A stretch of 62,700 bases of DNA, filler included, from Sphacelaria rigidula (GCA_964200075.2; 7 parts of 7 records of this genome joined end to end with filler, not necessarily neighbours in it); one strand, 5' to 3'. Shown: positions 38,312-51,334, counted from the first letter of the whole stretch. Notes: generated by a model not told the origin, from the sequence alone. Numbers and translations are program-made.

Positions 38312-38511
38312 AGCCTGGTCCGGCGAAAACCCGGCGTGCTCCGCCCCGGCTTCGTAGGGATGCGAGGTCAACGGTCTTATGACTATGGCGTGCATGATCA
38401 TGAGTACACCCCACCCCCCACCCCCCCTAGGACCAAAAGAAGTGCTCCGTCTCGAAAGGGATGCCTGGTCAATGGACAAACGACTAAGGCAAGCAACAGA
38501 TGAGTACGCCC
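38312..38511 (+). mobile_element. Adjacent 3' ends of family A (38312-38428) and family B (about 38435-38511)
   Basis: Both end in ATGAGTAC(A/G)CCC. The family A copy is flanked by cccctaaga and cccctagga. Confidence 0.75.
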
Positions 38512-39849
38512 TTCCGAAGACCATAGAAACGGAAGTATCAGGGGAGTCTTTACTGAGAGTTCGTCTCCATTTAGTATGAAACTGTTTGGATTTTGTCGTG
38601 GTGTCGGTGTGTGGGGGTACTGTATATATATATACACCTTGGAATTTAAAAAAGCTACTCCGAAGGAAGTGAGCGCATGGTCAACGAAGGTACATCCAGC
38701 ACAGGACCATCAGACCAGCAGAATATATTCGTAGTTGACCACTACAAACAACAGTGTAGTGAGCACTGCTGAAGAGTTGCCTGAACGGAAAACAAGGAGG
38801 CAGGTTGGGTCTGCAGCTGGAGATTGACCTCTTCGCCGTCCGCCGGGATCGAGTACGAGTAGCGCCACTTTCTACGATAGCCCCCCCCCCAAAACAAGAC
38901 CAAAAGTGTCACGAAAAAAATGGTCATACAGCGCCTGATGTTTGGGTTCAGGCTGCATGAAGCGCCTCATGAGCGACCTTGGCGAGGACCAACCCAGGCG
39001 TGGGAATTCCCAGCTGCTCGTTGTGCTCGGCCTTTTCCATTTCAATTCACGTGAAGAGGTTGCCTCCCCAAACCAGGCACGTTTTGGGGGGGGGGGCTAT
39101 CACGATAAGTGTCTAGCGCTCGAGCGAGACTCTGCAACATCCATTCACCAACAAGTTACAAGAACACGTATTTGTCACACTGTAGGATCGATTGGAGCCC
39201 CTGCTGCGGAAGAAACGGTCTGTTATCTGCTGCGGCTGAAGCCGACTTCACGTGGCGGAAAATTGTTCTCAGGATCAGTTCTCGTCGTCCGGAGGTCAGG
39301 TCAACGCGCGGAGACGTCTAAACCGCCTCTCAGGTTGGAAATCATGGACTCCGTGGACACCCACAAAACGTCGAGAGTTCGTTATGCCGTAGTGTTTCAA
39401 GCCCATCTGTACTGCTGCCGCTCGCTCTGTCATCTGGCCACCGGCCGCTACGTCCGTGGCCCGCGAGACGAGGGCGGTCAATCGCGACGGTGTTGGGGGG
39501 ACAAGGGGCAGCTGTTGTACAAGGACGTTGTACCCACCGCCCGCACGCGGTTCGACGGGGCGGCAAAATGTCACGACGATGAACTATAGAAGGTCTAGGT
39601 CCGACATGAAGAAGGATGGCAGTCTGTTTTCTACCGCTGTGTGGGAAAAGGCTGCAACCCCCACGGATGTACGATTAAAAACTTCCGACACTTTCGCCGA
39701 CCAATGAAGATACGTGCAGGCAGTAGAGAACCTCCCTCATAGCAGTAGCTTCCACCCGCCTTTCCCCCTTGCAAACGACCATCAATATTTCGTGGGCGCC
39801 GCGGGCGCAGCCGGACGGTCAGATAGCGGAACAGAGGGCGACGGCAGCA

Positions 39850-40340
39850 CAGGCGGGGATAAACCGCTACAGCAGAAGGAACTTCAGGCACTTGGCGGGT
39901 CCCCGAGGGGGGGTACGCTCTCCCTACTTCGGACGCGGTTTCGACGTCTACGAGCGGGAGAACCTGACCCTCGACCGCTGGAGATTGATCCTGAGAAGGA
40001 CCGCCCAACGCATGGCGCCGCCCTCAGCCCAGCACGTACAACAGCCGGCCAGCTTCCGTGCCGGCGGATCCCTTCCACCCTGCACCCCTCGGATCCTCGC
40101 CCATGCCCACCATGCCCTGCCGAGGTGCATCGCGGCACCACCGTTGCTGCTGCTCTGTTCGTCATCTTAGAGTTTTTTTATTAGCTCCGCCCCCTCACGC
40201 TGCGCAAGGCACACACCCGCAGTATTTACGGGCGGAGTTTAACTTTGTCGCCACCGACGTGAAGGCGTACTTCCAGTTCCCCCACACGGCACTGTACTGC
40301 ACCCACACAGCGAGTCGGTCCTCAACATGCTTATCACAAC
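39850..40340 (+). pseudogene. Degenerate reverse-transcriptase relic (DIRS/Ngaro- or LTR-type)
   Basis: GFDVYERENLTLDRWRLIL and FVATDVKAYFQFP resemble the RT motifs FxVxK...WRxI and DxKxAY/FxQ(I/V)P. Frameshifted, and no YxDD recognised. Confidence 0.4.
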
Positions 40341-43305
40341 CATGAGCACCGGATTGGAAGTCTCATTCAACCGTCTCGCCATGCAGGCGGGGCATCTCAG
40401 GGAGGAGAAGCCCGTCGGTCGCCCTGCCGGCCGAAACCTAGGTAATCTGCGGCCGCACCCGGGTTCGAAAAGCTGAATGAGCACTCATCACGGAGGACAC
40501 GGCCAGCAACCTCATCAAGCGATCGGCGGGCTAGACGGCAACGAAAGACAAGCAAACACGCGGAGCACCAGCGCCGGACAGCGGCGGGCACTTCGACACG
40601 GCCGCCCCCGAGCATGAAGTTATCACCAATTGGCGAAGAAAAAAACAACAGAACGTGCTCTTTTGCACGGAGGCGCTATGTTCGAAAAATAAACCGGACA
40701 CACCAGCGAGTGCTGTTCAAAGAGGTACCCGGATCACCGGGTGTAAATTGGTACCCGGGTACGCGCGGATGTGCTGGCACTTTCGGCCCAAAAAACACAC
40801 CCGACAGACAGAATACTAATCGACGCGGATGTATTCTCCTGTGTCCTTGCATAAAAAAAACGGTATGCTATGTGCAGTGCTTAAATTTTCGGGGCAGTTC
40901 TAACGTCTGATGTAGGTAAATAATACCCAGTGCACTGGGTACAGTTTTGTACTCGAGTTCACGCAGGTGCTCTAGCATTTTTGAAGCAAATATATATCCC
41001 CCGACAGACGGGATACCAACCCCCTGGAGCACTGTTTTTTCAGGTCGCTGTTTCAAAAGGATATGCTATCTGCATCGATAATTCTAGGGGTAATACTTGA
41101 ACGTTTGACGTTGCTTGTAGAGCGTGAGACGTATCCAGGAGGATCGCTCTGGTGTCCGGCCTCGGGACGGGGGCAAGGGGGACACCGTTCGAATGAGATG
41201 AGCACGAGGAACGCTTCATGATACATAATGCTTGTTGTTTCGCAAGGTATTCTTCACTTCATAATAACCAAGAGACGCGTCTTATTTTTGAACTTGAAGT
41301 CGGCCTGGGACATGGTGCGGAGACGTGGCTCTGACTAAAGGGCGACCGATATCTATCGAGCGATTTCTGATCGATCCACGCCAATCGTAATGCCGTACAT
41401 ACGACGAACTTTTCTCGGCGATCGCGATGCCTGTTTCTCGCAAAGTACTTCGGGTACGGCGATGCTTGTATATCGTTGGAACGTTTGAAATTTGACGCGT
41501 GTTACATGTGGACATACTCCATGACCCAACAAGATTTGCCTGGGTAAAAGTTTGCAATCCGACGATAATATGAAGAAAAACAGAAAAAAATGCGTGCAAA
41601 TCACGCTTCGGCATCCATAAAAACACATTTTAAACCATCAAATACATACTTGCGAGGGGAACAGCACGGAATCGCCGTCAACGTGAAGATTTGATCCTCG
41701 GCACCTCGAAAAGATGTCCACAGTAGGTCGCAAACCAGGGAATAACGCGAAATATGATTCGGTGCGGGTAGGCATTAGTGCGAACTATGTGAAGGATCAT
41801 TTTCGTCGCCTCGACAAAGATCACCAAAAATGGCCGCTATTTTGAGAATGACGAGAAGATACGACGCGGAGGGTTTTAGAGGAGCTCTGCCACGAGCCTT
41901 AGAGGCATTGGTGCATGTGCGGCATGTACACCCGCACCTGCCAGACGGCGCCTCTCCTGACTGACCACTAGCGCTACGCAAGCGGGATTGACGGCAGCTT
42001 TTACGCCAACTGAATCGTTGACGGCGTTAGAGACACCTTGGTCAGGTCTTCGGCGAAAACATTTACGGTGCAGTAGGCCCATGCACTCAGGTAGCATGGA
42101 GAATGACCACACGAAGTTCGCAGCTCAAGGGGTACACGGCATTGCAAAGCGCGAAGTACAGGAGCGTGAAAATCTCTTTTTTTTTTGCTAAGGGTATGCG
42201 TGAGGCAGGCGGGTGAGAGAAACAGGGGGTGTCTCTGCCGAGCCAGCAAAAAAATAGAGTCCTTTAGTCGCGGTCGTCAAGTTACGTTGCAGCACGAGGG
42301 TCGGACAGAAGATGGCGCGAGATATGCGGTCTTGCCTACTCGAGTTCGTTGGATGTCCCCACAGGGCTCGATCTGGTGGAATTCGCAAGAGGTATCGTTG
42401 CCCTGGGTGTGCTGTATCGTAGAAAGTAAGGGAATCACAATCCACAATTCTCGAGCAAAAAATGGCATCATTGCTTCAGTGAAATAACGCGATAAACTCT
42501 TGAAAAAAATATTCTACGACCATGTACCCACGCAGTAAATTCCAACACAAGAAGTTTTTTTTTCATCGTACTTTCAACATTCTCCCCTTCCTCTCGAGAA
42601 GAGTCCGTACTCGCAAATGGATCAGCCCATCTCTCCCCCGGCACCTGCCCATCTAGGGTTCGATCAGCATTCCCGGACCCACTCGACTCTCGTCGATGTC
42701 TTCTAGGTAGGCCACTGGCATCCTCATCCCACCAACGACGAAAAACATATCCAGATCTAATAGATCAACGTACCTGTCGGGATCGGAACCCGTCACCTTT
42801 CGCCCTGCGGCCCTGTTTTACCTTTACCGGGACGAAAAACATCAGAAATTACATGTGCGGGTGATCGGTCGCAAAATATAACCCCTTCCCAAAAGAAATC
42901 ACATGCCAATCAGACATGTTCGCCCAATGATGAGCGTCTTTACAAAAGCATTTTTGTTAGATTATTGCGCTCCAACGGAATGCTGGCAACCGCAGGTGCT
43001 GTATCGGTGCTCTGGTTCTAGAGTCTGGGTTCGTGGATGCAGTGTGGAGCAGACACAGGGTACTAGTTCTGAGAGGACGAGTCTCTTTGGGGATCAGACA
43101 GACAGACAGCTGTTGGTAGTGGGAAATGATCCTCGTGGACGTTGTCTAAGGGACTGAAAATACGGAACGCCCCAGTAACGCCAGGAACGTGCTCTCTGTA
43201 TCACCCCGCCAGATCGAGACAGTCCAAACGGTTGAGCTGCGGAGCCACTTGGGCTGTTCGAAAAATTATCGAGGCTATTCGAAAAGCTGTGTGTGTGAGC
43301 ATATC

Positions 43306-43754
43306 CAAGGGCATGTTGGGTAGGGTATACCCGATACCCGGATATTTTTAAAAGTCGTACTTCAACTACTCAGAAATTCGGGTAGAGTATCGCGTTCCAA
43401 AACTGCCCAAAATTTGCGTAGAGTATTGGAGATCGTGTCCTAACTACCCAAAAATTGAGTTCCGTGTCGAGGTCACACCCAAGTGATACTCTATACCCCG
43501 GTATTGCTGGGATTACTACCCAACTTTTGGGTGGAGTATTGAGATCATACCCAAGTGATAATTTACGCCCGGGCATATCTGAGAGTATTTACCCGACATT
43601 TGGGTAGAGTATTGGCATCATACCCAACTCTACCCAATAATATTTTCGTAGAGCACTTGAGGTCGTAGTCAATCTACCCAAAACGTGGGTAGGTATTTAC
43701 CCGGGTATTATACCCGGGTACTCAAGAGTACATACCCTACCCAACACGCCCTTG
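43306..43754. mobile_element. hAT-type MITE (CAAGGG termini)
   Basis: TIRs caagggcatgttgggtagggta and taccctacccaacacgcccttg, many internal TACCC/GGGTA motifs, degenerate TSD. A related fragment lies at about 26617-26730. Confidence 0.82.
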
Positions 43755-44029
43755 GCATGTTCGTTGTACAGGAGGGGAATATAAGTGGCCGTATAGGGTA
43801 ACGTGACCTGCAACAAGGTGATGCAGACGTTAAAAAAGAGACAGATTCTACGGCCAACCACGCACCATTATGATTTCTGAATCTGGTCATGCCGACAAGA
43901 CACGACACCAACCGGCTGTTGCTGTATCAGTTAGATCACCAGGGCGAGGTGACTTGAAACTTCTGACGACGGTACTCGTATCTGCTGTGTTACTGTATTA
44001 ACCTACCACAGTATGCCGTTGTGTTGTGT

Positions 44030-44620
44030 CTGTGTGTTGTGTGTTGTCATCCCATTTATTCCGGACGCCAGTCTACACCTTTCGGTATACAGTATGTGGG
44101 GGCATCAACCGGGATCACACAGGAGGACGGGCAACAGGCGAGTGTGTGTTTTTAATTTGTTCGAGTACCGCACCTCCCATCCGTGGTGCTCGACCTCTCT
44201 TTTTTGTAGAGCTTGGAAATGGTTTGTCTAACCATGAACCCATTGAAAGGTTACGCGTAGCGCAACCATTCGACTGGTTTATGGTGCATAATAGTTTGGT
44301 CATCGGGCGGTGCAGCCCGAGCTAAAAGCTCCCCTCCGTCACCACTATTACTAGTATACGAAGTAGTGATCATGATAACTGGTACCGTACCATTTCCGAG
44401 CCCCACGAGTACCTTCTTGTCTTCGCGAGAGGGGTTAAGCGGTCCCCTTTCCTTGTCTGCCTCGAAGTCGACGTTGTTGTATGCACGGCATAGTCGCTTT
44501 TCTCTGTTAGGAATGCTATGAGGGAAAAATCCCAGAACGTGTGCTTCCACCGAGATCAAACCCACGTCCCACCCATCAGAACGTAACTAGGCTACCAATT
44601 GAGCCACCCGAGCGACCGAC
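44030..44620 (-). mobile_element. SINE family 1 copy interrupted by a ~200-bp MITE (44207-44405)
   Basis: SINE tail and body on the left, head on the right. The insert is bounded by tagagcttggaaatggt and accatttccgagcccca. Confidence 0.7.
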
Positions 44621-45881
44621 TCTCGTGTGACCGTCGCAGAATGTCGTTGCTGGATGAAAATCACCTGAACACTACGTACATGTTTTTCGGATTTCCATTA
44701 CAGGCTGGGCCAGCCTAGAGGCTGCATGAAAGTTTGCAGGCGGATGCGCCGGCCAACATNNNNNNNNNNNNNNNNNNNNNNNNNNNNNNNNNNNNNNNNN
44801 NNNTTAATTAATTAANNNNNNNNNNNNNNNNNNNNNNNNNNNNNNNNNNNNNNNNNNNNTATCTGTCTTCCGTGCAAGACAGATATGCCACTTCAGCCCA
44901 ATATTTTGTATGAACCCCAGGATATAAAATCGGCTGTGAAATACATCGGTCGGGAGTTTGATAGAGACTCTGGTACTGGCACTATGTCCGCTACGTTTGA
45001 GAACTGCTAGACATGGAGTTCAATCAACGAGATAACATGGGCCTAGAGTTTCGAGCAGATGGGCACCTTCCCCTTGATTAGACGATCAATACGATATGCG
45101 GATCACGGCCCAACTCGTCTGTGTCGATGAGATATTTTGCTTCTAGAGCTTACATTCGATTTTAGGCTGGCCCAGCTCGTAGGAAAACGGGGATTTTCAT
45201 ACACGAGAAACTTCGTGTTTCCCCGTGGGCGTTACATACAATTCCAAAAACTCTGTCGTCCTTCTTTCATACCTGACGGGGGACGGGGAAGCCGCAGACT
45301 CATTCCTCGTGCACACCTTGGCCTCCCAAATAGCCGATTCCAATGCCAAAGTAGACAAGGTACACCTGGCAAGTTGAATACGTGTTCCCTCCGAAGGTGC
45401 TACTCCTCATTCAACCTTGTCATCCCTCAAATTTGTCATCTCCAACCCTGCGACAAGTTGGTTCGTGATTGCGCCATACCCACTTGACCTGGTCCACAAT
45501 GAATCACTCCTTCCTTGACGGCAGCATCACCATGACTGCTGGCACGACCGAAACTCCCGAAATATCCTCGACGATTAAATCATGCGATAGAGCTCTGCTG
45601 CGCGTTCGAAGAAGCGATCTGAGCAATGCACCCCCTCGTTCTCCATCTCATCCCCGTAGTGTACCCTGGCGCTGCTTGCACTGTGTATCAAAAGTACTTA
45701 CTCCTGCATTGCCAGTGTACCGCTCGATATGAGATTATGTTCTGGGTAGTCATGCCAAACACCGCTACATTCCACTTCTACAATGGCGGGAGAGCTCGCT
45801 CCTTAAGCTGAGCAAAGTGTTGGTTGGAAAGCCCTGAACTACCAACTCCGCACGTTTTCCTTATCCAGAAAAGCATGGGTT

Positions 45882-46139
45882 CTACACATGGGCGTCACCC
45901 ACGTGTTCATTTCCAGCCCTTCCCGCCTCCACTCTCGGTGCGCAGGACAACAGCGTGTACTCTCTGACAATTAAAGCAAACTCCGCTCCCAAGAGCAACA
46001 TGCCAACGCCAAGGAACACCCCCCATAGACGGGGGTCGACATCTTCCCTAGCAGCGAATACCGTGAAGACAGTGAGACAGGCCACACTGGCTGAGCCTAC
46101 CCAGGTCTTCACGTCCCGATACCATGGCGTCCGCGAACC
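45882..46139 (-). CDS. ROCO gene terminal exon with two predicted transmembrane helices
   Basis: acag acceptor in phase 0. Reads GSRTPWYRDVKTWVGSASVACLTVFTVFAAREDVDPRLWGVFLGVGMLLLGAEFALIVREY... to TAG. Confidence 0.7.
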   Translation of the reverse strand, partial: GSRTPWYRDVKTWVGSASVACLTVFTVFAAREDVDPRLWGVFLGVGMLLLGAEFALIVREYTLLSCAPRVEAGRAGNEHVGDAHV

Positions 46140-46518
46140 CTGTATGTGGACAAAGGGGTAATATACGTGCTCAATGAGGCAAAGACATATACACCGAACG
46201 TTGACTGATGCCAACTTTTGGTGTGCTTTGAGGAAAGTAACTGACTCGAGCTACAGACGTACAACACATGCTTTATATGGAGGGGGATCCGAGGGACAAC
46301 ACGTCATGCTCAGTACTCACCGAGACAACTTACAGGCGAATCTGGTTCAATGTGGAAACCATACGTTACTTTGCAATATCAACGTAGCTCGGATGGAGTA
46401 GCACTGCCATTCAAATGATTACGGCAATTTTCTTGCACAATTATGGGCCAGAGGCAGCTTGCAACTTGAAGATGTCCAAATGTTCGTACCGTACGTAGTG
46501 TAACAGCGTTGGACATAC

Positions 46519-46563
46519 CTCCCCGCTCGGACTGATCTGGATAGGTGCCGGACCAGTAGAGAT
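46519..46563 (-). CDS. ROCO 45-nt microexon, copy 2 (ISTGPAPIQISPSGE)
   Basis: ttttacacag acceptor and GAG|gtatgt donor, phase 0/0. Paralogous to 47033-47077. Confidence 0.7.
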
Positions 46564-46774
46564 CTGTGTAAAATAGTTGGGGTATCAGAAGAGCAAAACA
46601 CGGTTCACGCAGGCGTGAGCAGTCCTACACTTTCAAAGCATGCAGATTAAGCTATAGGATGGTCTGGATGACGGTCGTTGTTTACAGAACGTATAGCATT
46701 TTTGCGCTGCACATAGCGTGTATGTACATAACAACCGTATATTGCACAATAACACCCAATTAATGCTCGAGTGA

Positions 46775-46960
46775 TGCTACGATAGGGGGGGGGGGCGTCC
46801 ACGAAACAGAGGGGCTCACAGCCGTGTCTGACGACCTAACTACTCGCGGTGTGTTTGTATTTGGGTGAAAACGCTGTCAATTGGTACGAGTGAGGGCCTC
46901 TAATAGATAACAAGCGCGTTCGAACAAACGCTGCTGCTTTCAACGACGGTTTGAGCTTCT
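46775..46960. repeat. Dispersed repeat also present at 62445-62700
   Basis: Shared ctacgataggggg..., gtgtc(t/a)gacgacct, aacaagc(g/t)cgttcgaacaa. Confidence 0.7.
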
Positions 46961-47032
46961 TCATAGAAATACATCACTCGCTCGTAACTTGAAAAATGCT
47001 GTGCAGCACGTGTTTTGACCACGTAAACACAC

Positions 47033-47077
47033 CTGGCTGCTCGGAGCGATCTCGATAGGTGACGGACCTGTGGAAAT
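47033..47077 (-). CDS. ROCO 45-nt microexon, copy 1 (ISTGPSPIEIAPSSQ)
   Basis: ttttgcgcag acceptor and CAG|gtgtgt donor, phase 0/0. Confidence 0.7.
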
Positions 47078-47273
47078 CTGCGCAAAATGAGTTTCGTTCG
47101 AAGAAGGGCAGAGACGGTTCGGGCAGGTTCGTCACCTGTCCTGTATTTTCAAAGAACACAGGTCAAGCTATATGGTGATCTGGACAAAGGTCTTTGTTCA
47201 AGGTAAAACAGTGTTTCTGCGCTGCACATCGCTCGCATATGGTAGCGATTGCATGTGGCAAAATAACCCCCAC

Positions 47274-47486
47274 CTTGAAGTTGCTTCCCGGCCATGGCGC
47301 ACAACCCTGGAGAGCCACCTTGTTGGCGTTCTCGGCAAACTGCTCACGGAGCTGTGCATCGGCGAACCCTGCATCCGAGAACTCCATCATCTGTAGAGCA
47401 GCTGCCAGAAGATCTTTTCCCGCTTCACGGTCATGACAGAGTGGACAAAAGTGGCTGTCCTGGACCAGACGGGATCCAGGTTGGGC
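47274..47486 (-). CDS. ROCO post-COR exon
   Basis: AQPGSRLVQDSHFCPLCHDRE...GSNFK. gcag acceptor, AAG|gtgggg donor, phase 0/0. Confidence 0.8.
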
Positions 47487-47782
47487 CTGCCAATATGAGC
47501 GCGCGGGGGGGAGGGGGTAGATGAAGTGCGCAGCTTGCAAGGCGATGCTCGAACTGTGGTAGACATATTCGTGTCTGTGGTGTAACACCCATAGGTCTTA
47601 AACCTGAATTAACCAAAACAAAAAATCAAACGATGAAACGTTCAACACCCACCATGCTGAATGGCCAACATACACCATTACTTCAAATATGTGATGCTCA
47701 CGTTGAACGCTATTTGGTTGATGATGGAGGTACGACTACCGAACGAATCGAAAACCTTCGCGCGACGAACTCGGGCGCTTAC

Positions 47783-48521
47783 ATCTATCGTCCCGATGGG
47801 CATGCCCCTTTCCTTGTGCCGTGGGCAGAAGAACATAGGCTTGCATGGTAAACCAGGGAACTCCGACAGCATCTTGATCGTTACGGAGAGTACTTTCGAC
47901 AGAGCCGCCCACGCATGGACCTCCTTGCATCCTCCGTACACCTCCACGGTCAGCATCTTGTTCTCCTCAGAGTACTCCAAAGTCAGTGAGAACAACCCTT
48001 CCTCGTCTCCTTCACCCATGATCAGAGCTCCGTATCGCCAGAACGGGTACGGATAGCCCAAGTGGCAGCACCGCGCAAGAAGACGTTCAACGAAGCCCGG
48101 GGGCAACCCGAGACTGAACGAACACTCAACGGTCAGCCTGAGATCGTGCTTCCTAGCTTGATCTACTTCCTTGAGCTTCGTATTGTAGTCAGATGGGCGT
48201 TCTGTGCCCATACGCAAAAGGATTACCAAGCCCCTATTGGGGTCTTTTGGAAAGGGAAACGTCAGCCCCGCACTCTCCAACGCCAAGAGAAGATGCGGTG
48301 CGAGCTCTGCGCCCCACAGCTCGTCAGCGAGTTGCGGCTCGAGAACATGTGCTGTGTTTAGCCGGTCCAAGCTCGCAACGTTCGTCACCCTGATGCCACC
48401 GAGATCAATGCTGCCGTTTGAATCTTGCTTGTGGCTGAACAGTGGGTCCAAAACTGTGGCAAACCATTGGACGTCGAGGAAGATGTAGCTGCCATACTCC
48501 ACCAGCCCTCCCTCCCACTTC
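47783..48521 (-). CDS. ROCO COR-domain exon
   Basis: YIFLDVQWF, LPPGFVERLLAR and FWRYGA are typical COR motifs (LdpqW; lPxGxfxRl; yWrxG). ttcag acceptor, GAT|gtaagc donor. Confidence 0.9.
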
Positions 48522-48787
48522 CTGAATACCATGCCGTCGTAGGATACAAAGCAGGGGCCGACACGCAATGGGAGTTTAAAACTGCACCAACTCTGCTGGC
48601 TGACATGATTATTTTTATCGTATTTGCACCAACCTCTTTTTTTATATGCGAACAGGTTGCACATATACAGGACATCACATCTACACAACCGGTTCACATA
48701 CGTCCAATGAATCGGAAACCATGTATTTCCGGGGAAACCACCCATGGTACCACCCCAAAACAACAGTGAAGGCGAGATTGAATTCAC

Positions 48788-48928
48788 CTGATTAAGATCG
48801 CACCAGACATGGCCGCTTCTGGGGCTGCTACCGGCGTTCCAGCTCTGTTTAGCTCATCCACCTTGGCTTTCCATTTCTCCTCCAAGATCGCTCTTGTGAT
48901 GCCTGGGGTTCTCTGTCCAGCCTCACCC
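48788..48928 (-). CDS. ROCO COR-domain exon
   Basis: GEAGQRTPGITRAILEEKWKAKVDELNRAGTPVAAPEAAMSGAILIR. Phase 2/2 and in frame with both neighbours. Confidence 0.82.
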
Positions 48929-49212
48929 CTAAAACATCTCACGGGTGCGATTAAGAGGTAGCATTGTCATGAATCCATCCGCAACGACGAACACGATAGC
49001 AAAACGCGCAATCATGTCGAGCACACGTGTGCACCATCCACAGTTGCATGAAAAGTTACAAGCAAGGCTGTCGCTCGATGTGAGAATATCATTACGAACG
49101 TGTATAGCTTCATGCCCATGACGCGTGTATTGGCACATCAGTGGATCGCATATGGGAAGAGTACCTCACACTACATGAAGTTGCTACGCATACATGGCAT
49201 CGATGGTCTTAC

Positions 49213-49736
49213 CTACTGCATAACGCCAGCTTTTCAAGCACCCCAAGGGCTATCCGATAGCTCGGCGGAAGGCACATCGTGACAGCCCTCGTGTCACCGG
49301 CTGGGTTGCGCATGATGCGATGAAAAAGCCCTGGCCTGTTTTTGTCGCAGGGCCAGCCTGTTCCCCCACCGAACGATGGTGCCAAGACGCCGAGGCGAGA
49401 CGATGCACAGCTCACAAGACTGACGCCGTCTTCCAATGCAAGTCCGTGAGGTTGAAGTGCGTTCGGATTCTTTATCCAGTCAGTCAACCATTTGCGGCTC
49501 TGACGTTCGACGTCATCCGCTATTCTATGCTTAACCCTTACCACGCGATCCCACTTGTTTCCCACAAGTACCACGTTTGCGTCCGGGACACGGAAGGTCA
49601 AATACCTTAACCAGGGAGAAATGGAAAGGTCTTCCAGGTTCAAGTCGTCCATCTTGCTGGCTTTTTCCGCATCCCATACCAAAAGGTATACGGCACGGGG
49701 GGTGAGAAACAGCTGGAGTAGTCCGTAATAGACAAT
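49213..49736 (-). CDS. ROCO Roc domain exon (G4/G5 region) into COR
   Basis: IVYYGLLQLFLTPRAVYLLVWD...WL...VVLVGNKWD...VSC...LPPSY carries hallmark Roc motifs. Confidence 0.93.
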
Positions 49737-50547
49737 CTGTCGAGTGTTCCAAGTGGAAAATCATAGACACGTGGAAAGGTTCAAACGAGTGAAAATGTTG
49801 TGTTGAATGCCGTGAATCCAGCTACAGGATGCAGATTCATAGGATACGCATGGGCCATGCTACGGTAGCGGTGAACGAAGTTTCTGGGTCGGTGTCCTGG
49901 AGTTAGATACAGACTCTCACGCACTCGCACGGGTGCAGCTAGGACGAAGTTGCGTCCAAACGTGAGGCGATCTTCTCGTAGGCAAACATCACAAGCTGAA
50001 AAAAATGTCATCATTGTGTTTCTCACCGTGAAAATACGTCAGACAAGTTGTGACCAAAAACGTGTATCCCTACCATAGCATGACTTGTAACCAGATCGGA
50101 ATTCCACCGGATGCCAAGATACTGTGACGTAGTAGTCATTGACGCAACGACTTCGCCGCAGGTGATCCGACTTCGGTATGATGCCGAACTTCGAGAGAGA
50201 ATATAATATGGCCCACGGGTTACATGTTTCTGATCAGCAATGAGGGAGCGAACCGCGATCCTTTGACAATATGTTGAACCGAACTGACGGCGATGTGAGG
50301 CGGTGATTCCGGTTTGACTGCATTTGGAAAGCTTTTAGCACATGCTGTAGACGTCGTGCGACAAGCTGGGGGCGACGTACTACGGTTGAAAGCTACTCGC
50401 GATAACGTGAAGCTATCTCGATCTTCCGCTTCGGTGACTACCACGGAACGGCAAATGAAAAAAATTGCCGACCCCTCACGTAAGCGTACGACTGGGTCAC
50501 CTCGACGCGACAAAACAAACGAACACAACGGACAGAATATGTCTCAC

Positions 50548-50680
50548 CTGACCAGCACAATCGAACATCCGAATTGGATGACCATCGACACTGTGGTCTT
50601 CAACATCCACGTGGACAGTGCTCTCCACACCATGCCCTTTCGTCATGCATGGCTTCCCCGTCTTGATACTGCGCCGCAAA
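50548..50680 (-). CDS. ROCO Roc domain exon (end of P-loop helix, G2, G3)
   Basis: (S)LRRSIKTG...ESTVHVDV...IRMFDCAGQ matches Roc ST.GV/WDFAGQ. tag acceptor, CAG|gtgaga donor. Confidence 0.9.
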
Positions 50681-51334
50681 CTATGGCAGTGCAAAGAGTG
50701 TATGAAATGTGTTCGATAATCGTCAAATCATCAATGTTATCATGAATACGGCAGTTGACATCGCTCAAGTCTTTTTAGCACCCAAGGAAGCTCTCGTGTT
50801 CAACACATGTATGCGGAGGAATTTCGAGCACCTTCGCGATCACGTACGCCTCGTACTTGTGGCAGCTTTATTTTACATCTCTTTGGTGTCCGGTTCTAAT
50901 CGCATCTACTCGTAAAATTGACGTCACAAGTGTAATTCTTGAAACACCAACCAAGGTTGCTCGGAGGCACTTGAAACAGAAACGATCCGGTCATGCCGCG
51001 GAGAGGTCAGGGTGTATTGGTTCGAGGACGTTTTCCTGCAGGGCACGGCTCTATCACAGCTTAAATGCAATGTTTGCTGACTGGGTAACGGATTTGCCCC
51101 CCCCCCCCCCCCCCCCCCCCCCCCACCCGCCGCTACCGTCCTACCCTGCCCCCCTGCACCAACAGCCAGCAGNNNNNNNNNNTCTTGGTGTTTTGTCTCC
51201 CGGCGCGGTGTCCCCCAGCAGCGAATGCACCTGTTTTGTGGAGGGCGCCACTGGTACGCCCCCCCCCCCCCCCCCCCCTGCGAGGTCAATGATCTTATGA
51301 CTATGGCATGCATGATCATGAGCACACCCACGTA

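Noticed and set aside
47678..48787. 369-aa ORF as a standalone gene
   Set aside because: It is one COR exon (47783-48521) plus open intronic flanks.
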